Source: Diadema antillarum
Taxonomy: Eukaryota
Assembly (NCBI RefSeq): GCF_040938485.1
Contig: NW_027271376.1
Location: 434,001-498,000, forward strand
Direction: 5' to 3'
DNA length: 64,000 nucleotides
The notes under the pieces are model-generated. The model saw only the letters and a program-made list of their open reading frames with translations. It ran no database searches and had not been told where the DNA came from. The position numbers and the translations under genes were made by a program. Of this stretch, positions 26,401 through 36,289 are shown piece after piece (the first letter of the stretch is position 1; each line of letters starts with the position of its first letter).

Positions 26401-28087
26401 GGTACTGCTGCCCATACAAGGTGAACCACTGAAAGCCAAGTTTAGTGGCCCATACTGTGTCAAAAAGAAACTCAATGATGTGAACTATGTGATCAGTACG
26501 CCAGACAGACGAAAAGATCAGAGGGTGTGTCATGTAAACATGCTGAAAGAGTACTATGAGAGAAAGGCTAGTCAGCCGGTAGGCGTAGCTCAGGTGGTAG
26601 TAGAAGAAGTAGATGAAGAGGGAGAAGCTCAAGATGAGAATGGAAGTGAGCCCTCTAGTGCCAGGTTGTCTAACTCAGAGATGTTAGGGAAAGTAGATGA
26701 GGCACTGAACTACCTACCTGATAATCAGAGGAAAGATGTGACTAGTCTGTTACATGAGTACGAAGAACTGTGTAAAGACAAACCAGGTTGCACCCCTCTG
26801 GCTGTACATGATGTTGATGTAGGAGATGCTGACCCTATCAAGCAAAACCCTTACAGGTTAAACCCGAGGAAACTGCAAAAAGTAAGGGAAGAGGTTCAAT
26901 ACATGCTAGACAATGACATAATAGAACCGAGTAAAAGCAGTTGGAGCTCCCCAATCGTCATGGTGCCCAAACCGGATGGGTCTCAAAGATTCTGTATAGA
27001 TTACAGAAAGGTGAATGCCGTGACGAAAACAGACTCTTTCCCCATTCCCAGACTAGAAGACTGCATTGACAGGGTCGGAAATTCTGCATATGTCAGTAAA
27101 ATAGACCTTCTAAAGGGATACTGGCAAGTGCCCTTGACCGACAAAGCCAGAGAGATTTCTGCCTTTGCTACACCAGATGGCTTGTTCCAGTGCAAAGTAA
27201 TGCCATTCGGCATGAAAAATGCTCCAGCCACCTTCCAACGGCTGACAAACCAAATCATTGCCGGACTTAACAACTGTGTCGTATACATTGATGACATATT
27301 AGTGTATAGTGACACGTGGGAGGAGCACATTACACACTTGCGGCAACTTTTTGATCGACTCAGGGAGGCCAGATTGGTGATTAATCTGGCAAAGAGTGAA
27401 TTTGCAAAGGCCAAAGTGGTGTATCTCGGGCATGTAGTCGGTCAGGGACAAGTATTGCCAAGAGAAGCCAAGGTAGAGGCTATACTAGGCTTTCCCATCC
27501 CCCAATCCAAGAAGGAGTTGCTCAGATTTCTGGGCATGGCTGGTTTCTACAGGAAATTTGTACCGAATTTCAGCACTGTAGTCACCCCCCTTACAAACCT
27601 GCTGAAGGGCAAGGCAAAGTACACCTGGACTGATGAGTGTCAACGAGCCTTCGAGAAACTAAAGGCAGTCCTTGCTAATGAGCCTGTTTTGGCAGCTCCT
27701 GACTTCGCAAAGCCATTCAAGGTGGCAATAGATGCTAGCGATGTAGGAGTGGGAGCGGTTTTGCTCCAAGAAGATGAAGAAGGCACTGAACGACCAGTTA
27801 GCTACTTCTCCAAAAAATTGAACACATACCAGAAGAAGTACTCCACAATTGAGAAGGAGGCTCTCAGTCTCATCCTTGCCCTCCAGCAATACGAAGTGTA
27901 CTTGACAAATAGCAAAGGGGAGATCACGGTCTATACTGACCACAACCCCTTGGTCTTTTTAGACCGGTTCAAAATGAAGAACAACAGGTTGTTCAGATGG
28001 AGCATGATGACGCAGCCATATGCACTCAAAATCAAACATGTGGCAGGCAAAAACAATGTAATTGCCGACGCTCTGTCAAGAGTGTAA
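23435..28087 (+). CDS. Gag-Pol polyprotein (Gag-ZnF-PR-IN-RT-RNase H)
   Basis: First ATG 23435, better-context ATG 23450. Coiled coil, capsid with SCAN-like LLEEF region, CCHC knuckle (24545-24586), protease DTG (24815-24823), integrase HHCC (25535-25657) and D-D-X35-E (25748, 25925, 26033), GPY (26447), RT YIDD (27284-27295), RNase H (DAS...EKE...TDH...ADALSR). No stops or frameshifts. Confidence 0.97.
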   Translation: MSISTMDVQAFVQRTDLSLKDLQRLRKCDLTAIAQHLNVDVPQGVRKSEILDLVAGHMELKEEINIPDQAQISDQTRLELARLELEKEKMRLEMERERDRQQREMEMKERMEMKKLEVEQQLKLREMELTHAQIVENRERAPPEFDLAKNIRLVPKFEENRVDAYFVSFEKVANSLNWPQEFWPLLLQSVFVGKAADVYSSLSEEQSRDYATVKKAVLNAYELVPEAYRHKFRNSYRKPGQTHVEFAREKEMMFDRWYRSLKVDQDFDNLREVVLLEEFKKSVAFSVRSHLDDHKVTSLHKAALMADEYELTHRNDNRPPFRNFSGNKRDKIQSSNPKNAGSEKGTSSETSSAPKPQSDKGSSTSANVIKCFHCNKTGHVKSQCWKLQNKTKKDLGFVMSKSVLPENSVPFSETQAVESQSPKFKDRLKQVDESYRSFLFDGEVTPCTSGEAGKPVVILRDTGASQSLMVDGGMTFPPDSAVNAKVLIQTVDGSYMSVPLYRVDLKCDLVSGPVTVGVVPELPMAGIDFLLGNDLAGDKVVASPVVSEKPVVVAETEQLQEEFPGIFPDCVVTRSQARRAVQDDADSVDVEENSGVWLAETFFKDLNDGVAVLGSEANSDGLFSKSSLVEAQQADSELKGLSQTACSEAEAGKVPECYYVKDGILMRKWRPPHRPADEDWTVVRQVVVPPSYRGEILRIAHELPVGGHLGVRKTKDRIMRHFYWPGLNVDVAEFCKTCHTCQVAGKPQHSVKPAPLIPIPAFEEPFSRVLVDCVGPLPRTRSGHKYLLTIMDMSTRFPEAIPLRNITAKTVVDALVQFFTRYGLPKEVQSDQGSNFMSGIFQEVMYRLGVKQLKSSAYHPQSQGALERYHQTLKTMIRAFCEEYPEDWDKGIPFLLFATRDSPNESTGFSPFELVYGHEVRGPLKLIKEKFMTEDDEVHLLDYVSKFRERLSKACEVAREHLKVSQDSMKRKADKNAKARTFKPGDKVLVLLPIQGEPLKAKFSGPYCVKKKLNDVNYVISTPDRRKDQRVCHVNMLKEYYERKASQPVGVAQVVVEEVDEEGEAQDENGSEPSSARLSNSEMLGKVDEALNYLPDNQRKDVTSLLHEYEELCKDKPGCTPLAVHDVDVGDADPIKQNPYRLNPRKLQKVREEVQYMLDNDIIEPSKSSWSSPIVMVPKPDGSQRFCIDYRKVNAVTKTDSFPIPRLEDCIDRVGNSAYVSKIDLLKGYWQVPLTDKAREISAFATPDGLFQCKVMPFGMKNAPATFQRLTNQIIAGLNNCVVYIDDILVYSDTWEEHITHLRQLFDRLREARLVINLAKSEFAKAKVVYLGHVVGQGQVLPREAKVEAILGFPIPQSKKELLRFLGMAGFYRKFVPNFSTVVTPLTNLLKGKAKYTWTDECQRAFEKLKAVLANEPVLAAPDFAKPFKVAIDASDVGVGAVLLQEDEEGTERPVSYFSKKLNTYQKKYSTIEKEALSLILALQQYEVYLTNSKGEITVYTDHNPLVFLDRFKMKNNRLFRWSMMTQPYALKIKHVAGKNNVIADALSRV

Positions 28088-28396
28088 CATGAAGAGAGTA
28101 TCAAAGGTGAGAAGTTTTCACTGCATATCATTTCCAGTGTATGTGTTTAGCATATTCATTAATGTGTGCAAAACAGTTTGATATGATTGTATAAGCTCCG
28201 AGAATCCAAGCAATATTATTGTAAATGGTATCCATGAAAAGATAACATGGAATTAATACAGCTATCCAAAAGGCATGTGATAGTATGTGATTATTGTAGC
28301 TTGACTTGGATTTTACCTCACATTCATTGTAAATAATAATGAGAAATTGTGAAGGTAAAAGAAACCCTTGCTACGGCAAGGCTTTCTTTTTCCCAT

Positions 28397-28405
28397 GGGG
28401 GATGG
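28397..28405 (+). other. Polypurine tract
   Basis: GGGGGATGG directly abutting the TG of the 3' LTR. Confidence 0.7.
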
Positions 28406-29525
28406 TGTTACAAATGTACACACTAGTAGTTATGTACATGTATGATGTACTGTATGCATGGTTGTTTTAATGTGTATGTACACAGGTGGACCAGATTAAT
28501 GGAGAACATTCTATGTGGTATACATATAGTACATACAGGCTGACCAGATCAGTGGAGAATTTTCTAGGTGGTATACAATGTAGCTATACAGTACATGCAT
28601 GGAATAGGAAAAACATTATAGCTCACTCAATCTAGAATGATTTCACCCATTTCCAGAATGTTCTGGGAAGTGCTTACATGTTTGGCTGAGTGAGGCACTG
28701 TCCCTGTAGCCCAATGTGATTGGTAGTTATTCTTGGTAATGATGTTTTGTACATAGTTAGGCAGTGAGTCATCCAGGTTTCCTGGAACTTGGACTGGCTA
28801 GTAGGTTGGAGAGAGTTATAGAATGTGCTAGAAGGGGGTGAATGGATAGTATATAAGCCAGAGAAATTCTGCAGTAGGCAGAGTACCCAACACCTCTGCT
28901 CTGAGAGTTACGTCACTTCTGGCTCTGTAGCGACTTGTTATAGTCAGTCCTGTGTTACCTGCTGACCTGTTATGTTTGTGGAGATACTTGGCCTGGGAGA
29001 CATTTTGCCTGCAGAGAATTAATGTGCCTTCATTGGACTCCATATTTTAATGTCAACGGACATTGCTACGGCAAAGCTGTGACGGGCTGGATTCCTAGCT
29101 GGACAATATAAAGCGAATCATCATTCAACGCATCGACTGGACGTGGTCGTTGGATTCTGCACATGTCGCTGGGAACATTATACGGTGGATCTATTGTGGA
29201 CATATACCCTGGATTTATAACGCGGACTATTGTAACCTGTGCCTCTGGATTTACGTCGAAGGAATCATTCATCGGTGCATCACGGATCATTCATTTGTGC
29301 ATCAAGCATCGTATTTGGACACTACCAGGAAACTGTAGGGATTTCGTGATTTAGTGAGTAAGTGATTCCATTACTGACTTATATTTGTTTCTAGTGATCA
29401 TTATTGTACTGATGTGAAAACCGATTACGAGTCTGTACCCACAATATCACTGTTAATAAACCGCCTGAACATCAGTTGATTGTTTCTTTTGTGCGATCAT
29501 TCTCGGAGTGATTTTGGTCGTAACA
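28406..29525 (+). repeat. 3' LTR (1120 bp)
   Basis: No difference from the 5' LTR found by eye; the ORF track gives identical peptides at a constant 6233 offset. Confidence 0.95.
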
Positions 29526-30817
29526 AAATTTTGATCTTTAGTTTAACATCAAGTTTGAGCATGTATCTTACAACAGAAGTACCAGTTTTGTGAATTTAGT
29601 ACTTTAGTTACACTGTAGCTGTCTGCAAGAATTTGTGGGTATGTTATCTCTTGCATATATGCTTTTTAGTACATATGATTCAGTGAATGACAGTTCAACT
29701 TCACATTCCACATTCTTCTACAGTTGTGTATGCTACAGACCAGCACAGTTATCTTCATTTGCACCGTGTTTGTATTCATGAGTATGTGTGTGTGTGTGTG
29801 TGTGCGTGTGTGTTTGCGTGTGTGTGTGGGGGGGGGGGGGGGGGGGGAGGGGGAGTGTTGCTATGATGTTGCAAACAGAAACAAGATGTGTGTGTGAAAA
29901 TCACAGGTCATGTGATTTGGCAGTATCAGTGTGCCCTTGTGACATTTATGATTGAGTGTGGTTAATCTGAATGAAAGTGGAAGATGCCATTGCATCATAG
30001 AAAAGGTTACAATAAACTTCCATTCAATACTTCAGTGATTTCACTGCTGCTTTATGCATGCTGAAAGTTGGCTTGCTATTCTGAAACAGAATGCTATGAT
30101 CTTAATTTTGCCTTGAAGGAGATTGGGATGAGTTTTATACTAGAGCTGCCTTCTTTCTTTCTATCAGGTATTTACATTTTCACAAATGCAATGCTTCATT
30201 TCACTTCAATATATCTCTTTGAATGTATTACTGCAGAAGCAAGGATTTGTACCATCAGACATGTTTTTTTTTGTTTTTTTTGGTCAACTTTGCAGGGTAT
30301 AAACACATGTGAAATGACTGTACGTAGTATGGTGTGTATTTGTCTGTGTTCCTGATACAAACCCACCTATTGCATTCTCAATGATTGTCAATTTACATAT
30401 TTGTCTGTTAGGCTGTGATGACTCATAAATGTCTGCACAATTTCAGGGTTGCCTATCAGATCCCTGCCTGCCAGCCATGGCTTTGTTGTGTGTATTCCTG
30501 AGTGAGTTTGATTGAGCTCGGCTCTCATTGCCACTTAAATTTTTGCCCCATTGCTACATGCACAGGGATCTGAAACAATTACAAAGTCCCTGGACAAGTG
30601 GTATTCACTAGCTACTCGGTTAAACTGCTATGATTTGTTTTTTTTTTTTTTCTTTTTATTCATTTTTTTTTCAATAGCTGTACAAGTATAGTTGTGTCAC
30701 AATTTGTGCATATTGCTGGTCAATATTTTTGAGTGGCGTACCTCAATCAAGTGTAGCCGTCTCACAATTTGGGCATTTTGCTGGTCAGTACTTGTGAGTG
30801 ACATACCTCAGGTGGAT

Positions 30818-31062
30818 TACTGTATACGCCATATATTTCGCAAGTCTAAATTTTCGCGAATCGGGAATTCCCGACGATTTCGCGAGTGGTTGAATTCGCG
30901 ATTGTGGAGTCCTGAACTGAACAGAGAAGTGAACATGCGTACGTCGCATTCACATCGGGATCAGAGTCCATATTTTCGCATGTCTTTAAATTTCGCGAAT
31001 AGCACCTGACTCGCAAAATTCGCGAAAATAAAAACCTAGCGAAATATTCGGCGTATACAGTA
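30818..31062 (+). mobile_element. TACTGTA...TACAGTA MITE, copy 2 (CpG-rich, less decayed)
   Basis: TIR TACTGTATACGCC / GGCGTATACAGTA; retains CpGs that copy 1 has lost by transition. Confidence 0.85.
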
Positions 31063-34000
31063 CTTCAGTTTGGTAGAGTGACAATACTGCCGTGATCACT
31101 AATTAAATATTTCAGCTTGAGTAGTGACCTTTCATTGGAGCCAGAACATATTGCCGGTCAGTACTTAAGATACAATTCTACATTTTTCTCTGAATGCGTT
31201 TTTGGGCATATGGGCAGGGCAAGGCCTCTATACTGACCTGTCGGCAAATGTCCTTTCAATTTATTTGCCCAGCAGCAGGTTTTACTTGACCCGGGCAAGC
31301 AGACGTGTGTGTTTCCAGCATGCTGCATTATGGATACAGAGCTCTTCAGTGCACCTCACTGATTGCCTGTTATGCATGTAAATGATCCTAAAAAAAAGAA
31401 GCCCGCCAAAATCAGAGTGACATTCCAGGGCTTTCTTTTACCGTATTGCATGGCATGATGATATGCAGCCTAAATGTAAGATTGAATAGTTCCTTCCTGC
31501 CTACTAATGAGTCTAGTCAGTATGGTGGTGAAACTCTTCAGAATTTTGTCACTTTAGCATCCTAGATGAAGTTGTGTTGTGAAAGTGCACTGTGAAATGT
31601 AAATTAGAATGAAGGCAATTTAATAAATGGGATCGTGTAGTGATTTGGCTGATGTACTTGTGGATGCACAGTAATACCTGTAGAAATTCTGTACTCCAGG
31701 ATGCATCACAGAATATATTTCTATGACATTCTTTGATTCAGGTTGATTTATGCTTATACCTTGAGGGAATGAAATGGGCTGGTATACATTACTGTGTATT
31801 TAATGCAACATATATTTGAGAAGATACAGTAGGAAGGTATGCTGTATGGTAAAGATCCAAACACTAGCTTTTGCTGGCATGCATTGTTTATGTGCAGCAT
31901 TGAGAACCGATTATACTGGGTTGATATTGTTGGTATTGAACAGCCGATGTGAAATGCAAATTGCAGTATGTTCTATACGCATATTCGATGTGTATGGGTC
32001 AAGCACGGGTCTCCAATCATTTCTTTCACGTGATAAACAGAATAGTACATTTTTTTAAATGATGATGCTTTATGTAGGCCAGTAGGATAATGCTTTCAAA
32101 TTACTTAGGTTAGATTGTTCATACAGAGGCAGCTTGGTTACCAATGGTATACCTCCATTTTCTTGATTGCGTTGTCACTTGGGTATTGTTGTGATCAGGC
32201 CTTGACTTTCTGAAATATGATGACAAAGTGCATTACCTCATGAATTTGACTGGTAAAGTTGTGCATTATTGTTATTATACTGTAGCTCTCCACGAGTGTG
32301 TTGCAGCTTTGCAAGCACAGTGCTGAAATAGTTGTGTAGTGCAGATATTTTCAAGTAGTCTTTGAATCATCGAGCAGGGTCCAAAATTGCAGGCTTCTTA
32401 AATTTACCCCCTCCCCCCCCCCCCAAAAAAAAAAAGAAATCATTGTGAAAACATGTACATGTGTATTTATGTAAAAAGTAAAACATGCATTTTATTAAAT
32501 TCCTTGAGAGGATGCCAAAGTTGTGTTAATTAGTGGGGGCATACAGTAGAGAAAGTCCTTTTTCAGAAAATTGTCTATCTTGGATGATTAATTGCATTGA
32601 TGGATCCGTGCCCTATAATGTTTGGAAGCTGAGCAGATCTCATGTACATTGTACTTGTGGTGCTAGTGATAAAATCAGCATGAGATGGGATATAGTATAC
32701 CAGCATTTCTTCTATCTTTTACTTTGTATTGTTATTATACGATTACTTGCTGTTTTTATGAAACAAGAGTCCCATGACACTTTGGGAACCTTCGCAAAGG
32801 TGTCAACGGTTCTCTCCATGTGGGTCATATGATAGTTTATATCCTGAATCTTTGATGACAATCGAGCTATGATCTTGGGCTTTTCAGGTAAGTTTCTGCT
32901 CCTACTGTGTAATGGCTTTTTATCTGATCAAGTAGAGGGTGAGAAAGAATAGCTCAGTGAAACTGTAATTGTCACAGTGAGTCGCAAGTTGCAATTTCAA
33001 ATTGACACACGCTTGAATCCTTAAGTGCAGTCCGAATTGTCAGGCGTTGATGTGGCACCAGTAATGAGATAATGCCCTCTGACAGCGTGGTGTCAGACAG
33101 TGTCCCACCCACTCCCCCTATAGCCAGAGGCGATGTTGAATCAACCCTCTCCTCATTCGGCAACTCAGTCATCCTGTGTTGTGCGAGACAAGCCCAGCAG
33201 AATGCGGGGCCACTGTCAGTGGGCTCGACGGCATGCTCCACAGTCGTTGTTTTGGCAATCTCAGTCGTCACCTAACAAGTTCTTCCTATTGCATGTCATA
33301 TTCGCGCAGGGTTCAACGCATGGTGTGACAAGCCATCGTCTCTCCCCCCAATGCACTACGCTGTCTGTGCGTGCTGTGCTCTGAAATCGGGACGGGCCTC
33401 ATCCGCTACTACAAGGATCTAATTAAGCGAGAAAACCGCAGCAGATCGTGCTCGGCAATTGCCGAGCTGCATCGCACAGTGGATGTACCTGTAAGAGGCA
33501 TGAGCCAATGACCAGGTCACCGCCAAGTCGCATCCTTTGAGTCATCTCTCTCAGCCTGCTGGCTTTGAGGTAACATTAAAGGTGAGAGTCAAGTTGGTGA
33601 GCAGTTGGCCAGATGGAATTCTGTGTCTGCTGGATAAAATTTCGTTGTATACCTTTTTTTGCAATGTCATTCCAGAGCGGCACACATACCGGCCGCTTCC
33701 TAAAGTGAGTGTTGTCCCCCTGTGCAATTGGATAGATGAGTCAGATTGTTGATATCACCTAACCCGTGAGATTGGTTGAGGCATTGAACATTTTCAGGTC
33801 CTCTCTTTGAATGCCTTATTTTTTTTTTCTTTGTAGTAATTGCCTGCATAAGAGAGAGAGAGAGAAAGAATTATTGCTGAGCTCTAAACAATAAGAAATT
33901 TTGCAGCAGGTGTGCTATATGATGAAAATCTCTCTTGAAACCAAAAGCTTTAAATACTCTACCATTATGATATAGATGAGTACATAGTTTTCTTCACCTG

Positions 34001-35749
34001 CAAATCAACAAAAAAAAAAAGAATGAAAGAAGAAATAAACAGCTAAATGTTGCACTGGTCCCATGTACACATGTGCGTGTTTGTAGCTATCATGCATAGT
34101 CACAAGCTTTTTTCTTGCTTTACTTTTTTTTTAATTATGCTATTTATAATCATTGAGATTGAATTATTTGACGTTGTCACAATTCAACTGAATTTAGGCA
34201 ATATCCTTAAATGATTGTGGTTAATTCTAATAGCACTGCTAAACTAAGAGGAAATGGGGAAATGATTTGAATGTGGACAAAGTCGATAGAGAATGATTAA
34301 AGGTCATTGACTTTTCCCTGACGAGACGTCGGCCCTTTCTGAAAACCTTCTGAATGAGATGTTTTTGTTTTACTTTGATAGATACCATGTGTGTTCGTCA
34401 AGGATGGAGTAATCAAATAACCCTACAAAAGGTCAAATGTTTAATGTTTAACCAAAATCTTGCTTTGACACTCATACCATGTCACCACAGTCTGCAAGAC
34501 AGAAAGTTGATAGATGTATTTTTGTATGGCATGCAGGCATTTGCTACCAATTTCGAAGCAGTTACCTTTTATTAAATGAAATCCTTCACAAGAGGAATGG
34601 AATTGTAAATTGAAATGAGAAATGTCATGAATCTGTTTCTGATGTCTTCATTCAACAATTTCATAAAGTTTATATTATTAATACAATGTGTACATGAAAA
34701 GGCATTAGTACAATGACTAACAATGTTTTCTATCTTATTAGCTACTGCATCTAAACTAAAAACTGCCTTTCCATACTGCATAAAGCATGCAATGTGTGTG
34801 TGCGTACTGAGCCCTACATGTACGTGACTTCAGCTACTTTTAGACCCACCTCCAATTGATGATTTTAGATACCTAGAAGAATCACCTTTGTCAATTCAAG
34901 CCAGTCTATACCAAGTGCAAGGCCATTTTTAATTGATTTGGCATTGTTAATAGCCCCAACCCCCCCCCCCCCCCCAATAAAAACACAATTTTTGCCCAGG
35001 ATAGGACATTATAGAATGAAGGTCCTGTGTGTGAGACAGCTACCGTAAGAACTCATGCACATAAAAGATCACCCCCCCCCCTTTCATGGGAGGGGAGGGG
35101 TATGATGAGGGTAATTGTGCAATTTTGTTTTTATTTATTGTAAAAGTACCCAAGAGCACAAGGGAACTTGATCGGCAAAATTAAGGTCTTAAAAAAACAA
35201 AAACAAACAATGCTATGTGCTCTGCTCGTTGTAATGGTTTTTATTTTAATATATGATCATTATAGATGTGCAGCGGTCTACTTTTAATCCATTATTTCAG
35301 TCTAGTTCCATTGCCATTTCCACCCTGATAAAAAGAATGTTGTGAACAGAAGTACAGTGGTAGCCTTCATGGTATAATGACTCATGTAACACATTCATCA
35401 TGTCATTTGATTCAAGGTCAGAATTTTAGCACCTGATTCATGATTCTAATAACCAGGGGTACTGTCATACCCCAAGTTATGGCACAGTGTAGTGCCATCT
35501 TGTGTTCTGAATATTACCAGTGCAAGCTGTTATCACAGCGGCCGAATTTTAGCACTTGACGATAATGAGCCCATTGCTAATTCATCCCTATTATTGACAT
35601 GTGTAATATCATTACAATAACAACAAATTTGTTTTCCCAAAATTGTATTGCCTGGTACAGTGTGTAAACCATGTACCGGAGTGTACCGGAGGAGGATAGC
35701 AGTGTTATGCTGTTGTTGCGGCCTGACATGTATGTGCAAAGTACTGATG

Positions 35750-36289
35750 TCCTTTGCTTTTATAGTCCGTCTTCCTCCAGTTGTAGATGATTTCATATTC
35801 TTCAAAATTCTGCTGTGTCCTCTTCCTCCTCTTTCAGCATCATGTGCAGTCTCTCTTTCTTCGCCTTTTGGGTAGCTGCTTCACTGCTTTCTTTTCTTCT
35901 TTTTCTTCATCTCTTCTTCTTCTTCGAAAATTACAGCTAAAATTACTTCCCGTTCTTGTGCTGATGTTACTACACTCAGAAACACCTTGTTATGCTCATC
36001 CTGCTAAGTTTACGCCGTCACTACGCTCTCCCCACTGCATTTATGCTGTCACTACGCTCTCCCCGCTTGCCGTCCGATTAAAAATATGTCAATTTTGATC
36101 GGGGAGATCGGGAAGAAATTTTGAACCGGTTCAAAATTTCTTCCCTATCTGAAAAAATGCCCGCTCCAACCCCATCCTCCACACGCTGCTGCTACGATGC
36201 TTCCGATCCCCGTACGCTTTTGCCGCTCTCTCCCGATCTTCTAGATCGGGACAGATCGGGGTCCAAATCGTAATTGTGGAACGGGGGCT
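35750..36289 (-). pseudogene. Degenerate PIF/Harbinger element end with transposase N-terminal relic
   Basis: Terminus AGCCCCCGTTCCACAATTACGAT (minus strand). Frameshifted peptides VILAVIFEEEEEMKKKKKRK and KERLHMMLKEEEEDTAEF resemble Harbinger transposase N-termini. The resemblance is by eye only. Confidence 0.45.

Larger units (their letters stand above)
22173..29525 (+). mobile_element. Full-length Gmr1-like Ty3/Gypsy LTR retrotransposon
   Basis: Two direct 1120-bp LTRs 6233 bp apart, PBS, PPT, and a single gag-pol ORF with integrase upstream of RT. The RT and IN are Gypsy-type (YIDD, GPY motif), and this domain order defines the Gmr1 group. Confidence 0.95.

Noticed and set aside
23676-28131. 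Antisense ORFs within gag-pol
   Set aside because: Expected shadows of a long coding frame.
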